From Parcubacteria group bacterium (GTDB lineage Bacteria > Patescibacteriota > Minisyncoccia > 2-02-FULL-40-12), in the NCBI GenBank assembly GCA_016186395.1, contig JACPLU010000002.1, forward strand, positions 11,470 to 75,469: a DNA stretch of 64,000 bases, written 5' to 3'. Position numbers and translations under genes: made by a program. The notes beneath the pieces were generated by a model. That model was not told the DNA's origin. It searched no databases and was given only the letters and a program-made list of their open reading frames with translations. Positions 36,045 to 45,690 of the stretch are shown piece after piece (positions within the stretch are counted from its first letter, which is position 1; the number at the start of each line of letters is the position of its first letter).

Positions 36045-36479
36045 TTAAAAACCAAAAAACTCTCTTGTAATTACTGCCTGGGCGGTGTTTAATATCACCC
36101 CCACCCCTAAAATTATAAACGCGCCGATCACTCCTTGTTTTAATCTTCCTCTTGCTTCTTCGGATTTTTTAGGTTCTCCGCCGGCTCGCATCCACATAAT
36201 TCCGGCCCAGATTAAAAATATAACCATTATAAACCCGCTGGCATAAAGCATAAAGTTTGCCACATCTTGAATTAAATCAGCAATCTCACATAAAGTTATT
36301 GGACATCCTCCTGGTAAGGGCGCACCCGTTACAGGATCAATATCACAACTTCTTGGTGGAGTGGCAGGGCAGGTAAAAGCTAAGGCCACCCCTTTAGGTA
36401 AAGTATAAAGAATACCCGAAATAACTAAAAACCAGCTTTTCCACAAATTCTTATTTTTGTTTAAAACTCTATATCTCAT
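36045..36479 (-). CDS. TrbC/VirB2-like pilin
   Basis: LIWAGIMWMRAGG...ARGRLKQGVIGAFIILG; upstream 40 codons of the track ORF overlap a repeat. Confidence 0.8.
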   Translation of the reverse strand: MRYRVLNKNKNLWKSWFLVISGILYTLPKGVALAFTCPATPPRSCDIDPVTGAPLPGGCPITLCEIADLIQDVANFMLYASGFIMVIFLIWAGIMWMRAGGEPKKSEEARGRLKQGVIGAFIILGVGVILNTAQAVITREFFGF

Positions 36480-36495
36480 ATCAATCTTTAGTGAT

Positions 36496-36647
36496 GGGTC
36501 TAGTGAATAATACTCTTTCTCTTTCTTCGCAAATCCCAGCGTGATTTGCTCAGGGGTTGAGCTCTTCGCTCTTCTTTCGCTTTCAGCGAAAGAAACCATG
36601 CCCGCGAAGGGCTCAAAACCCGTTCAAAAGCATTATTCACTAGACTC
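36496..36647. repeat. MITE-like family A copy
   Basis: gtctagtgaataatactctttctctttc...ccatgcccgc...gggctcaaaacccgttcaaaagcattattcactagac. Confidence 0.85.
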
Positions 36648-36656
36648 GGTATTGAA

Positions 36657-37040
36657 TTACTGGCATCTTGTTCCAAATACTCTACCTAATGAAAAATCAT
36701 CATAACCAATAAAGGCGGCGACTGTTTCCACCAGAATAAAGGCTCCAAAAATTACTATTGCTCCCACAAAAGCCCATAAAAGTTTTTGTTTGGTTTTAGC
36801 CAGCGCATCCGCTTCTCGGCTAGTCATTGTTTGCCAGCCGTATAGTAATAATACAATAACCATAAAAAACATGGCAACACGTATTCCCCAACAGCTTAAT
36901 CTGGCAATTATATTTAATAGGTTATCAAATTCTAAATTTATTGGGGGTAGCTCTTCGTGACTACTGCCCCATGCCAAAATTGGCGCTAGAAGTGCCACAT
37001 TGATTAAGGAACCATAAATTAATCTTTTAATCCTTAACAT
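36657..37040 (-). CDS. TrbC/VirB2-like pilin
   Basis: LLYGWQ.M...K.KLLWAFVGAIVIFGA. Confidence 0.7.
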   Translation of the reverse strand: MLRIKRLIYGSLINVALLAPILAWGSSHEELPPINLEFDNLLNIIARLSCWGIRVAMFFMVIVLLLYGWQTMTSREADALAKTKQKLLWAFVGAIVIFGAFILVETVAAFIGYDDFSLGRVFGTRCQ

Positions 37041-37062
37041 ACAAATTTGTGTCCTCTACCAT

Positions 37063-37986
37063 CTACGACCCAAGATCCAAAATACTTCTTATAAGCGCGA
37101 TAAATCCTTTACCGATAAATACCACTGCCAAACCTATTAAAGCGTAAGTTAAAGCTTTTTTAGCTTCAGTAACTTTAGCCGGCTCGCCTTTGGCAAGCAT
37201 AAACTTAATTCCAGCGTAAATAATGATAATCGGAGCAACCACTAAAACTATATTAAAAATTGCATTAGCAATACCATTGGCCAAATCTTCGATTGATTCT
37301 GCATCAATTGGATTTGATATTCCAAAAGGGATATCTTGACCTGTTCCTCTGCCAGAAGTTTCACAGCCACTTTGGCTACAAAGAGCTGCATCGGGAAAAG
37401 AATTTGGCGCGTTGGAATCATTTGTCGTAACACACTGATTATTTTGACAAATCCATTTTTGACCTGCCTGGGCTTTAATCTGTCGCACTGCAAGTAGCTG
37501 CCACTCCGTATCACAATCACCATTACAATCCCAACCATAACTTTTCCCCTTCAATTCAGTACCCGTATCAGGCTGAATCCCTATCGCTTTTATATAGTAG
37601 TCCCTACGCGCCCCAGCTCTTTGGATAGCACAGGCATACGATGGGCATTCTTCACCAGCACTCAATTCAATTTCTACTCTTTGAGTGTCTTTTTCAATTG
37701 TAAGAGTATGGCCCAAAACTGGAATATCTTGTAATGATCCATCTGCTGTCACCAATAATTCCAATCTTTCCCCCTCGCATTCTCTATAATTAACAAGTCT
37801 TACCAACACATTAAAATGAAATGGTGCGCTATCACGAAATTGTTGATTCTGTGTGGTAGGACTCCAGTCTAGTGTTGCTGTACAAATTGCGGCATAAACA
37901 TATTCAACCAACAAAAATGAACTTAAAATAAAAAAGGCCACGATAACGAAAAATATAAACCTAAACTTCCAAATCATTTTAGACAT
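37063..37986 (-). CDS. Pilin-domain protein with large Cys-rich N-terminal extracellular region
   Basis: NPI....IIYAGIKFMLAKGEP.KV..AKKALTYALIGL at the C-terminus. Confidence 0.75.
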   Translation of the reverse strand: MSKMIWKFRFIFFVIVAFFILSSFLLVEYVYAAICTATLDWSPTTQNQQFRDSAPFHFNVLVRLVNYRECEGERLELLVTADGSLQDIPVLGHTLTIEKDTQRVEIELSAGEECPSYACAIQRAGARRDYYIKAIGIQPDTGTELKGKSYGWDCNGDCDTEWQLLAVRQIKAQAGQKWICQNNQCVTTNDSNAPNSFPDAALCSQSGCETSGRGTGQDIPFGISNPIDAESIEDLANGIANAIFNIVLVVAPIIIIYAGIKFMLAKGEPAKVTEAKKALTYALIGLAVVFIGKGFIALIRSILDLGS

Positions 37987-38105
37987 AATAAATAAAGTCT
38001 CATATCAAACGTATTAGTTAAAATTATAGCAAAAATAAGAAGAGGTTATTATACACACCCCCCTTTCGGTGAGAAGCTTGAAAAACTATCTAAGTATAGA
38101 CAATT

Positions 38106-38369
38106 TTATCTATAAATATCTTTTCGATGGGCAACATCTATCAACTGGATGATTTCGGGGTCTAGAAATTTAAAAATTACTCGCCAGTCGCGAGTAATTC
38201 TAAACGAGAAAAAACCGGTTAATCCTCCTGTAAGACTTTTGGTGTGAAGATGTGAATTAAATGGATTCCTTTGAAGAATTGCAATACATTCTGCTAATTT
38301 TTGCTTTAACTCGTTATCTAGTTTTTTCGCCGATCTAAGAAATCGACTGCCATATACAATCCTAATCAT
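38106..38369 (-). CDS. RelE/YafQ-family mRNA interferase toxin
   Basis: F.RS.KKL...NPF...LHTK.LTG.L.G.FSFRI..DWRVIF...HRKDIY. Confidence 0.85.
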   Translation of the reverse strand: MIRIVYGSRFLRSAKKLDNELKQKLAECIAILQRNPFNSHLHTKSLTGGLTGFFSFRITRDWRVIFKFLDPEIIQLIDVAHRKDIYR

Positions 38370-38586
38370 GGTCTGTCAACTGAAGTAAAAAAGAATCTTT
38401 ATCACTAAAAGTGTTTTTTACTTTCTCTTGGCTAGATTGTAATATTTTTTTTATAAAACTGGGTTTATATTGCCCTTCTTTGTCTTTACCAGCCATTCCA
38501 ATAACAAGAGAACGAAGATTTTGTATTTCTTTTTGAAGATTTTGTATTTGATTATTTAACCTAGGAATTGTTATCATTTGAGGCAT
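38362..38586 (-). CDS. Putative antitoxin
   Basis: Small ORF overlapping the toxin start; D.EG.Y.P.F. Confidence 0.65.
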   Translation of the reverse strand: MPQMITIPRLNNQIQNLQKEIQNLRSLVIGMAGKDKEGQYKPSFIKKILQSSQEKVKNTFSDKDSFLLQLTDHD

Positions 38587-38808
38587 TGTTTAGAACTATA
38601 GCATATTACACTATTAAATCAACCATTACCCACGCATTAAAATCCCACGCTTTAACATATAGACTAGAGCAAAACTAAATAAAGGCATCATAAACCTCTG
38701 TTACTATGGCTAAATTTAAACAACTACTATCGACACCCGATGTTGATAGTAGTTGTAAAGGAATAACGAAAATTTGAAGAATGCCCCCAAAGCTGATAAA
38801 TTACTATT

Positions 38809-38844
38809 GGAAGCGTGCCAGAGAGGTTGAACGGGCCGCACTCG
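38809..38844 (+). pseudogene. 5' half of a tRNA-Ser-like gene
   Basis: GGAAGCGTGCCAGAGAGGTTGAACGGGCCGCACTCG: acceptor 5' strand, D-arm, anticodon 5' stem. Confidence 0.55.
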
Positions 38845-38857
38845 TCCCGAATAAGGC

Positions 38858-38942
38858 GGAGGGGTGGCCGAGTGGTTTAAGGCAACGGTTTCGAAAACCG
38901 TGTCCCTCTGGGGACTCGTGAGTTCGAATCTCACCCCCTCCG
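38858..38942 (+). tRNA. tRNA-Ser(CGA)
   Basis: GGAGGGG/CCCCTCC acceptor, ACGGT-TT-CGA-AA-ACCGT anticodon arm, variable arm, GTTCGAATC. Confidence 0.95.
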
Positions 38943-39003
38943 CCTTGAACGGGATTACGATTTGTAGCCGAAATTGTTATTTTAATTTCGGCTACAAATC
39001 TAA

Positions 39004-39054
39004 AAAACCAGCGGGCGCAAGCCCTTGAAGGTTCAAGTCCTTCACCCACCGCCA
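39004..39054 (+). pseudogene. 3' half of a tRNA-Ser-like gene ending in CCA
   Basis: AAAACCAG-CGGGCGCAAGCCC-TTGAAGGTTCAAGTCCTTC-ACCCACCGCCA. Confidence 0.55.
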
Positions 39055-39110
39055 GTTAAGAGTTGTTTCACTAAAATAATTACACCAAAATATAAAATCC
39101 GAGTTATTCA

Positions 39111-39440
39111 CTATCTGCGAATGGCAAGAGCAAAATGATCAAAATACCGTTCCAAATCAGAAAGAGAACTGCCATATTCTTTTCCACCATAAACAGCGTC
39201 GCAAAACACTTCCCGCGCTCGCCCGATTTCTTTTAAACGGCCACGCCAACGCAAGTCGGATAAGGTTAGATCAAAAAGTTCAAGCGCCCGGTCAATTGCA
39301 TTCTGGAAACGCTGTTCATCCTTACTTTGCGCCCGACGAGCACGACTTACTTCGCTCCCAATATTCCCAAGCTGTTCAAAAAGCGTGAATGTATACCACC
39401 GGCCTGCGGCAAGTTCTTTATGTAAAAATAGTCCATTCAT
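39111..39440 (-). CDS. Conserved hypothetical helical protein
   Basis: RW..FTL.EQLGNIGSEVSRA...RALEL.DLT..D...E..RAREV.CD. Confidence 0.7.
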   Translation of the reverse strand: MNGLFLHKELAAGRWYTFTLFEQLGNIGSEVSRARRAQSKDEQRFQNAIDRALELFDLTLSDLRWRGRLKEIGRAREVFCDAVYGGKEYGSSLSDLERYFDHFALAIRR

Positions 39441-39790
39441 ATCACAAGCTTTTTGATTATGGTTATCACTTTTTCGCGAATCTTTGAATCGTCAATCCCT
39501 CGAGAACGATTTCCAAAAGCTGGTTTGAGATTAACCATAGAGTCAAATTCAATAAAATCATCACCGGAATTATCGGGATAAATATTAACACCCCACACAT
39601 TTTCTTGCTTTGACCCTTCCTGCTCTATAAGCAAGACTTCTTCATCGACATGAAGTTCGCCACCTACGGCTATAATTTCTTGGTCAATATCCACTGCTGC
39701 CTTCACTAAATCGCCAAAACGTTCTTCGGCAATACTTTTCAGTTCGGATTTTAATATCGGTTTTTTAATAATTCGCATTTCCATATTCAT
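39437..39790 (-). CDS. DUF5674-like protein
   Basis: VKAAVDI...AVGGELHVDEE.LL...GS.QENVWG.N...IEFDSMVN..P..GNRSR. Confidence 0.7.
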   Translation of the reverse strand: MNMEMRIIKKPILKSELKSIAEERFGDLVKAAVDIDQEIIAVGGELHVDEEVLLIEQEGSKQENVWGVNIYPDNSGDDFIEFDSMVNLKPAFGNRSRGIDDSKIREKVITIIKKLVI

Positions 39791-39914
39791 TATCTTACCA
39801 TGTAAAATTAAGATTACCAGTTATACACTGGCAATCTTAATTCGTAGTTAATACTCTAAACTTCTCCAAAGAATAGACTCCCATACTAATAGAGTATATA
39901 ATGGAATTAATCTA

Positions 39915-40514
39915 ATGAATTTTGCAGAAAATCAAAATCAAGAAAGAGAAACTTACTTTAACGAACTTGAGAATGCAACAAAGAATCAAGTGGATTTAGT
40001 TTCCGACGAACTTCAAATTGAAACAGCTGAAACAAGAAACGAACACCTCGACTCGCTTTTCGTTGAATGGTTGGCACCATCAATTCACCACCATCACGTT
40101 GACCATAGATGGCGAGCCACGGTAATTATAATATTGCTTGGCATGGCCGGTTTATCTATATTTTGGCAACAAAGTTTTTTGGGTGCAATTATGTTTATAG
40201 GCATTGCGTTAGTTGCCTCAATGCATTTTCACCAAGAGCCTGAACACATGAATGTCGGCATTCATCCGGCTGGGGTTAGCATAAACGACCATACTTTCTC
40301 TTATCAAAACATTGAATCTTTCTGGGTTCGATACGAGCCCGGACATATCAAAGAACTTAGTTTAAGATGTAAAAATCTTCTGCATCAGCATGTTAAAATA
40401 CCCTTAGGAGACGAGGACCCTAACAAAATTAGGGCTCAACTTGCAAAATACATACCTGAAGAAATCCATGAAGAAACATTTTCAGATTTTTTAGGAAGGA
40501 AATTAGGCCTATAG
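39915..40514 (+). CDS. Two-TM membrane protein with PH-like C-terminal domain
   Basis: W.AP...W..TM-TM...G..IN...Y..IESFW. Confidence 0.6.
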   Translation: MNFAENQNQERETYFNELENATKNQVDLVSDELQIETAETRNEHLDSLFVEWLAPSIHHHHVDHRWRATVIIILLGMAGLSIFWQQSFLGAIMFIGIALVASMHFHQEPEHMNVGIHPAGVSINDHTFSYQNIESFWVRYEPGHIKELSLRCKNLLHQHVKIPLGDEDPNKIRAQLAKYIPEEIHEETFSDFLGRKLGL

Positions 40515-40676
40515 AAGTCTGGTGAATAATACTCTTTCTCTTTCTTCACAAACCCCAGCGTGGTTTGCTCAGAGATTGAACCCTTCGCTCTTCCTCTATA
40601 TGATTTAAAATCAGATAAAGGAAACCATGCCCGCTTCGGGTTCAAAACCCGTTCAAGAGCACTATTCACTAGACTT
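40515..40676. repeat. MITE-like family A copy
   Basis: Same termini and body as 36496-36647, with a different central hairpin. Confidence 0.85.
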
Positions 40677-40739
40677 TAAGGGTTTAACTTCTTAAATAAT
40701 GATTTTTGTGATAAGCAATTCTTAAAAGAGTTGTTTTTT

Positions 40740-40813
40740 GTCCCCGTAGCTCAGTTGGATAGAGCGTGGGTTTGCGGAACCCAAGGCCGCGTGTTCGAAT
40801 CACGCCGGGGACA
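40740..40813 (+). tRNA. tRNA-Arg(GCG)
   Basis: GTCCCCG acceptor, TGGGT-TT-GCG-GA-ACCCA anticodon arm, GTTCGAATC. Confidence 0.95.
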
Positions 40814-40883
40814 CTAATCAAAATCCTGCCAAATGGCGGGGTTTTGATTGCTGAAATTAAATTTCTAGGATACTCTTGAATTC

Positions 40884-43097
40884 ATGTGGAACCCAGAGAC
40901 TCAAATTACAGAGCTTAAATATATTGGAACCGCATACGTAAAAAAATTAAATAGACTCGGCATTGAAACCGTAAAAGATTTGCTATGGCATTTCCCAATG
41001 CGTTATGAGGACTTTAGTGAATACTCCCCTATCGCAGAGATTAAACAAGGACAAAAAGTTTCGATTTTAGGAAAAATAGTCAGCATAAAAAATCAAAGAA
41101 CATGGAAACATAGATTAATTTTAACTAACGCAGAAATTGAAGATGAAACTGGGGTTATAAAGACTATTTGGTACAACCAACCGTTTTTGATTAAAACCCT
41201 TAAAGAAGGTTTGAATATCAGTTTATCGGGTAACGTAAAGTTGGATAAATATGGACTTTACCTACAAAATCCAAGCTATGAAATAATCTCCCAAATATCT
41301 CAAGATTCAAGCTTCCCCAGGCCGTACGCCAACGGCGGGGCAGACAAGATCCAAGTTTCAAGACTAAAACATACCGGGCGGCTAGTGCCAATTTATCCTG
41401 AAACAGAAAGACTTTCATCCCGCTACTTGAGATTTCTTATCAAACCACTGCTTAATAAAATTGGTCCGATTCCTGAATGGTTACCGAGTTTGATTTTAAA
41501 AAAACACAATCTGCCGGCTATTAGAAAAGCTTTAGTGCAAATACATTTTCCAAACTCGGAAGAAGAAACTAAATCTGCTAAAAAAAGGTTTGCTTTTGAA
41601 GAACTGTTCTTATTCCAACTAAAAGCATTACAAGAAAGAAAAAGATTAAAAACTTCTTCTGCATCTATAATATCTTTTAACAAACAACTGATAAAAGAGT
41701 TTGTTGGATCTTTGCCGTATAAATTAACCAACGCTCAAAGAATAGCTTTATGGGAAATCATCCAAGACCTAAATAAACCACATCCAATGAACCGCTTGTT
41801 AAACGGAGATGTAGGCTCTGGTAAAACTATTGTAGCAGCGGCGGCGGCATTGGAAGTGGCAAAAACAAATTATCAAGTTGCCTATCTGGCACCGACAGAA
41901 ATCTTAAGTCACCAACACTTTATTACCTTTAAAAACGTCTTAAAGAATTTTAACTTGACTTTGGCCGTAGTGACTGGTTCTGGAGCCAAAGTCTTTGAAG
42001 ATGGGTTAGAGTATGAAATCAAAAAACCAAGACTAATAGAAAGACTGGCAAAAGGGGAAATTCATATTGTTATAGGAACACATGCCTTAATTCAAAAAAG
42101 TATAAACTTCAAAGACCTGGCCTTGGTTATAATAGATGAACAACATCGATTCGGCGTCAAACAACGCGCCGAACTCTTAAAAAAGGGGTACGAAAATCGT
42201 ATCCCCCATCTTCTATCCATGACAGCTACACCTATCCCAAGAACCTTGGCTTTGGCTTTGTATGGCGACCTGGACTTATCCGTCCTAAATGAAATGCCAA
42301 AAGGCAGACAAAAAATAAAGACAGAGCTTGTAGGAATCAATCAACGAGAAAAAGCCTATGAATTTATCAGAAACCATATAAAAATAGGAAGACAAGTGTT
42401 TGTAATATGCCCCAGAATCGATGTAAAACGCATCGATTCTAACAATCAACAACCGACTATCAACTATCAATCCAAACCCCTAAGACAGCTTTCGTTAAAA
42501 GAATCGGAGACTTTAGAAAAAAAGGCGGTGGTAACAGAATATGAAAAGCTTTCCAAAAATATATTTCCGGACTTAAAAGTTGCCATGCTTCATGGAAAAA
42601 TGCGACCCAAGGAAAAAGGAACGATTATGCAACAATTCAAAAATAAAGAATTTGATATTTTAGTTGCAACATCCGTCATTGAAGTTGGCATAGATATTCC
42701 TAATGCTACAGTTATGGCGATTGAGGGGGCAGAGTATTTTGGCTTAGCCCAATTACATCAATTTAGAGGCCGAGTTGGCCGAGGTGAATACCAATCACAC
42801 TGCCTACTTTTTATTGAATCGCCAATGGTTGCTACAACAAGACGGCTATCCGCACTTTTAAAATATGATGACGGCTTTAGATTGGCGGAGATGGACTTAA
42901 AAATCCGTGGCCCCGGAGAATTCTTAGGTTCGGAACAATCAGGAATACCAGATTTAGTTATGAGTTCGTTAACTGATCTTGAGTTAATTAAAAAAACCCG
43001 CAATGAAGCTAAGTTAATATTAGAGAGTGGAATAGAAAAGTACCCCAGAATTGAACAAAAATTAACAGAATTCTCTCAAACAATACATTTAGAATGA
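40884..43097 (+). CDS. recG: ATP-dependent DNA helicase RecG
   Basis: Wedge domain; NRLLNGDVGSGKT; DEQHRFGV; MTATPIPRT; GLAQLHQFRGRVGRG; D..IRGPGE. Confidence 0.96.
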   Translation: MWNPETQITELKYIGTAYVKKLNRLGIETVKDLLWHFPMRYEDFSEYSPIAEIKQGQKVSILGKIVSIKNQRTWKHRLILTNAEIEDETGVIKTIWYNQPFLIKTLKEGLNISLSGNVKLDKYGLYLQNPSYEIISQISQDSSFPRPYANGGADKIQVSRLKHTGRLVPIYPETERLSSRYLRFLIKPLLNKIGPIPEWLPSLILKKHNLPAIRKALVQIHFPNSEEETKSAKKRFAFEELFLFQLKALQERKRLKTSSASIISFNKQLIKEFVGSLPYKLTNAQRIALWEIIQDLNKPHPMNRLLNGDVGSGKTIVAAAAALEVAKTNYQVAYLAPTEILSHQHFITFKNVLKNFNLTLAVVTGSGAKVFEDGLEYEIKKPRLIERLAKGEIHIVIGTHALIQKSINFKDLALVIIDEQHRFGVKQRAELLKKGYENRIPHLLSMTATPIPRTLALALYGDLDLSVLNEMPKGRQKIKTELVGINQREKAYEFIRNHIKIGRQVFVICPRIDVKRIDSNNQQPTINYQSKPLRQLSLKESETLEKKAVVTEYEKLSKNIFPDLKVAMLHGKMRPKEKGTIMQQFKNKEFDILVATSVIEVGIDIPNATVMAIEGAEYFGLAQLHQFRGRVGRGEYQSHCLLFIESPMVATTRRLSALLKYDDGFRLAEMDLKIRGPGEFLGSEQSGIPDLVMSSLTDLELIKKTRNEAKLILESGIEKYPRIEQKLTEFSQTIHLE

Positions 43098-43104
43098 TGA
43101 AAAC

Positions 43105-43328
43105 GAGTTTGGCGAATAACACTCTTTCTCTTCCTTCGCAAACCCCAGGACTTCGACTGAGCTCAGTCGAATGCCCGTGGTTTGCTCAGGGGTTGAGCCC
43201 TTGCGCCACCGCTGAAGCTAAGGCGGCACGCGGTCGCTCTTACCCCCACCTGATTTAACGATCAGATGGGGGTAAACCATGCCCGCTATGGGCTCAAAAC
43301 CCGTTCAAGAGTATTATTCGCCAAGCTC
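43105..43328. repeat. MITE-like family A copy carrying three nested palindromes
   Basis: Family A body plus cttcgactgagctcagtcgaa, cgccaccgctgaagctaaggcgg and accccccacctg...cagatggggt-type inserts. Confidence 0.85.
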
Positions 43329-43359
43329 AAAACACGACTTCAAATTATTTCCTCCTTTC

Positions 43360-44934
43360 TTAGCTGGTTTTTGAATTACTTCTAATTTTCGGCGTCACCC
43401 AGAAACCCATATATTTTCCAAACATTAAACGGGTCTGGGCATCAAAACCCGGAAGAGCACCTAATAAAATCATGGTTACAGGCATTAAAATCCACTGTAA
43501 AACCATTATTAAATATCTAAACCTTCCATATTGTGGAGGACGAGGCGGTAAGATAATTATTGATAAAACAGCCGACGATATAACCCCAACCATTGCCGCA
43601 GTCATGATATACCTGGTAATCAACGGGAGATTTAAAGAAAGAACCGTTTGATTAAAAATAGGTCCGCCAACAACCACTGGGAGCCATCCTAATATAAATA
43701 CTATCAAGGCATTGGTAGACCAAGACCAAAATCCCTCAACCATAAAAAATCCGTGTTCCAATTTTTTTCCAAAAGGTATTTTTTTATTTTTTATAAACCC
43801 ATAAAAAAGGTAGGGTATATTTTCTACTCCCCAACCCCAGCGACGCTGTTGCTTATAAACATTGACCATGGTCCCCCAAAAAGAATGGGCCACATTTGCG
43901 TCCATAGAAACCGGGTAGTTTAAAGGAACCACCCTATAATTTCCGTCGTATCTTAGAAAACATTGAAAGAAAATTCTTGAATCTTCAGAAACCATATTTC
44001 TTTGCCAGAAATTAACGTCAACTAAAGCTTGAAAGGGCATAGAGTGGCTTGAAAAAGTCCGCAACCTTTCTTCTCTAGCCTGTTGAATTGTATGCCAAAA
44101 AGTTGCTGAAAAAGCCACCACTCTGGCAGGAGAAGGTGCTTCCCAAATATTATTTGTATAAAAAGGCACTGGTTGATAAGAAGCTCTTAAAGGATCCGAT
44201 GCAGTCAAAAAAACATAAGTGAGTCTGGCAAAATATTGAGAGGAAACTATTGTATCGATATCCAAGGCCGAAACAAGTATATTTCTATAATCAATACTGC
44301 TGGCGTCAATCAATTCTTTTGCCTTTTGTCCGGCCCATGCAATATTAGAACCCTTGCCTGCGATTTCCTTTTCCAACCCTACCGGATGAACGGTTAACAG
44401 AAAACGAAAGAACCTATCTTTATAGTCCCGCTCAATTTGTCGACCGATTTTTATTGCTTCAGGACCAGCTTTTTCTTCTGCGGCAAGAACTAATATAATT
44501 TTTTCTTTCGGATATTCTGATTTCAATAAACTCTCAACTGTGTTTTGAACAACAAAGTAATCTTCTTTATAAAAAGGTAAAAAAATTAAATGATATATAT
44601 CTTGCCAGTTCTTAGTCAATCCGTTTGTTATAATAAAATGAGGGCCCTGAATTTTTTCCAACCAGTTAATTTTAAGATTCCTCTGCATCTGATTAAAAGC
44701 TACTCTCAAATGAAGTGATAAATATATGGTTTTAATAAACCAGTAAACATCAAAGGCGATAATAAAAAAGGCCATGAAAACAGGCCACAGAAATGACCCT
44801 AGGATAATAAAAATAATAGTTCCCCAAGCCAAAACACCCGGCATGATCTCTAAAATTCTATAGAGATACTTGCCCTCTTGTGGCTTAACTTCTTTAGCAT
44901 TACCAATATGAATGTAGTAAGGTAGATTTTCCAT
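43360..44934 (-). CDS. Membrane GT2 family glycosyltransferase
   Basis: LP.YKE; GKGSN; LDID; SED; Q.RRWGWG (QxxRW); C-terminal TMs. Confidence 0.85.
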   Translation of the reverse strand: MENLPYYIHIGNAKEVKPQEGKYLYRILEIMPGVLAWGTIIFIILGSFLWPVFMAFFIIAFDVYWFIKTIYLSLHLRVAFNQMQRNLKINWLEKIQGPHFIITNGLTKNWQDIYHLIFLPFYKEDYFVVQNTVESLLKSEYPKEKIILVLAAEEKAGPEAIKIGRQIERDYKDRFFRFLLTVHPVGLEKEIAGKGSNIAWAGQKAKELIDASSIDYRNILVSALDIDTIVSSQYFARLTYVFLTASDPLRASYQPVPFYTNNIWEAPSPARVVAFSATFWHTIQQAREERLRTFSSHSMPFQALVDVNFWQRNMVSEDSRIFFQCFLRYDGNYRVVPLNYPVSMDANVAHSFWGTMVNVYKQQRRWGWGVENIPYLFYGFIKNKKIPFGKKLEHGFFMVEGFWSWSTNALIVFILGWLPVVVGGPIFNQTVLSLNLPLITRYIMTAAMVGVISSAVLSIIILPPRPPQYGRFRYLIMVLQWILMPVTMILLGALPGFDAQTRLMFGKYMGFWVTPKIRSNSKTS

Positions 44935-44947
44935 GTTTTACTATTTT

Positions 44948-45017
44948 AACTTTGTAAATAATACTCTTTCTCTTTCTTCGCAAACCCCAGCGTTCAAGAG
45001 TATTATTCGCCAAACTC
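44948..45017. repeat. Internally deleted family A copy
   Basis: aataatactctttctctttcttcgcaaaccccagcg joined directly to ttcaagagtattattcgccaaact. Confidence 0.75.
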
Positions 45018-45066
45018 CTGTTTTATCATACATTAAGCCGCAAAAAAAGCCCGTATGTATGGGCCA

Positions 45067-45354
45067 TTATTTAATTGTGTGTTCATGCTTTAGATCAAAC
45101 TTATCGCGAAGTGCTGGAAAATCTTCAGGTTTTATTCCAATCTTTGCTCCATTAAAACTTGCCAACCTGTCTGGATTATCTAAAAGTTTTTTATCATTAG
45201 GAAAATGATCCCCCTTTGATTTTCCTGGCCTCAAATTTTTAGCACGGTCTGAAAAAATTTCAGCAAGACCCTTTTTAACAACCTGCCTTTGATCCCAACG
45301 AGAAATTAGTCTTCCGTTATTATGCAAAACTACCCTAACTTTTTGCTGTTCCAT
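45067..45354 (-). CDS. Small basic hypothetical protein
   Basis: SD ggaggag upstream; paralogous to 45365..45664. Confidence 0.65.
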   Translation of the reverse strand: MEQQKVRVVLHNNGRLISRWDQRQVVKKGLAEIFSDRAKNLRPGKSKGDHFPNDKKLLDNPDRLASFNGAKIGIKPEDFPALRDKFDLKHEHTIK

Positions 45355-45364
45355 TCTCTCCTCC

Positions 45365-45664
45365 CTATAATTCTACGACATCAAATATTTTATATAAATC
45401 GCCGATCTTTTTTGAAGGTATCTTTAACCCGCCATCACCATTGCCACCCTTAAACTTAGAAAATTGTTCTTTATCTGATCCGCCGAGTACATTTCTATAG
45501 ACTTTTCTTTCGGATTTATCGGATATTGGCACCGAAGGAATGTCTATTGGCCCACCTACTATATGATCCAAACCTTTTTCTACTCCTCTTTGGTCCTTAG
45601 AACGAAAAATAAGATCGCCATTGCTATTACGAAAACCTACCCTTATTTTGTCGTTAGTGGACAT
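45365..45664 (-). CDS. Small hypothetical protein
   Basis: SD aaggag upstream; K.RV...N.NG.LI.R..DQR.V.KGL shared with the neighbour. Confidence 0.65.
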   Translation of the reverse strand: MSTNDKIRVGFRNSNGDLIFRSKDQRGVEKGLDHIVGGPIDIPSVPISDKSERKVYRNVLGGSDKEQFSKFKGGNGDGGLKIPSKKIGDLYKIFDVVEL

Positions 45665-45690
45665 TTTATTCTCCTTAAATTTTAAATATA

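Noticed and set aside
36480-36599. Extra 40 aa on the pilin ORF and the 77-aa ORF at 40436..40669
   Set aside because: Both are translations of the family A repeat (shared EQ.TLGF.KKEKEYYS).
38716-39049. ORFs 38716..38934 and 38804..39049
   Set aside because: Antisense readings of tRNA-Ser and its flanking fragments.
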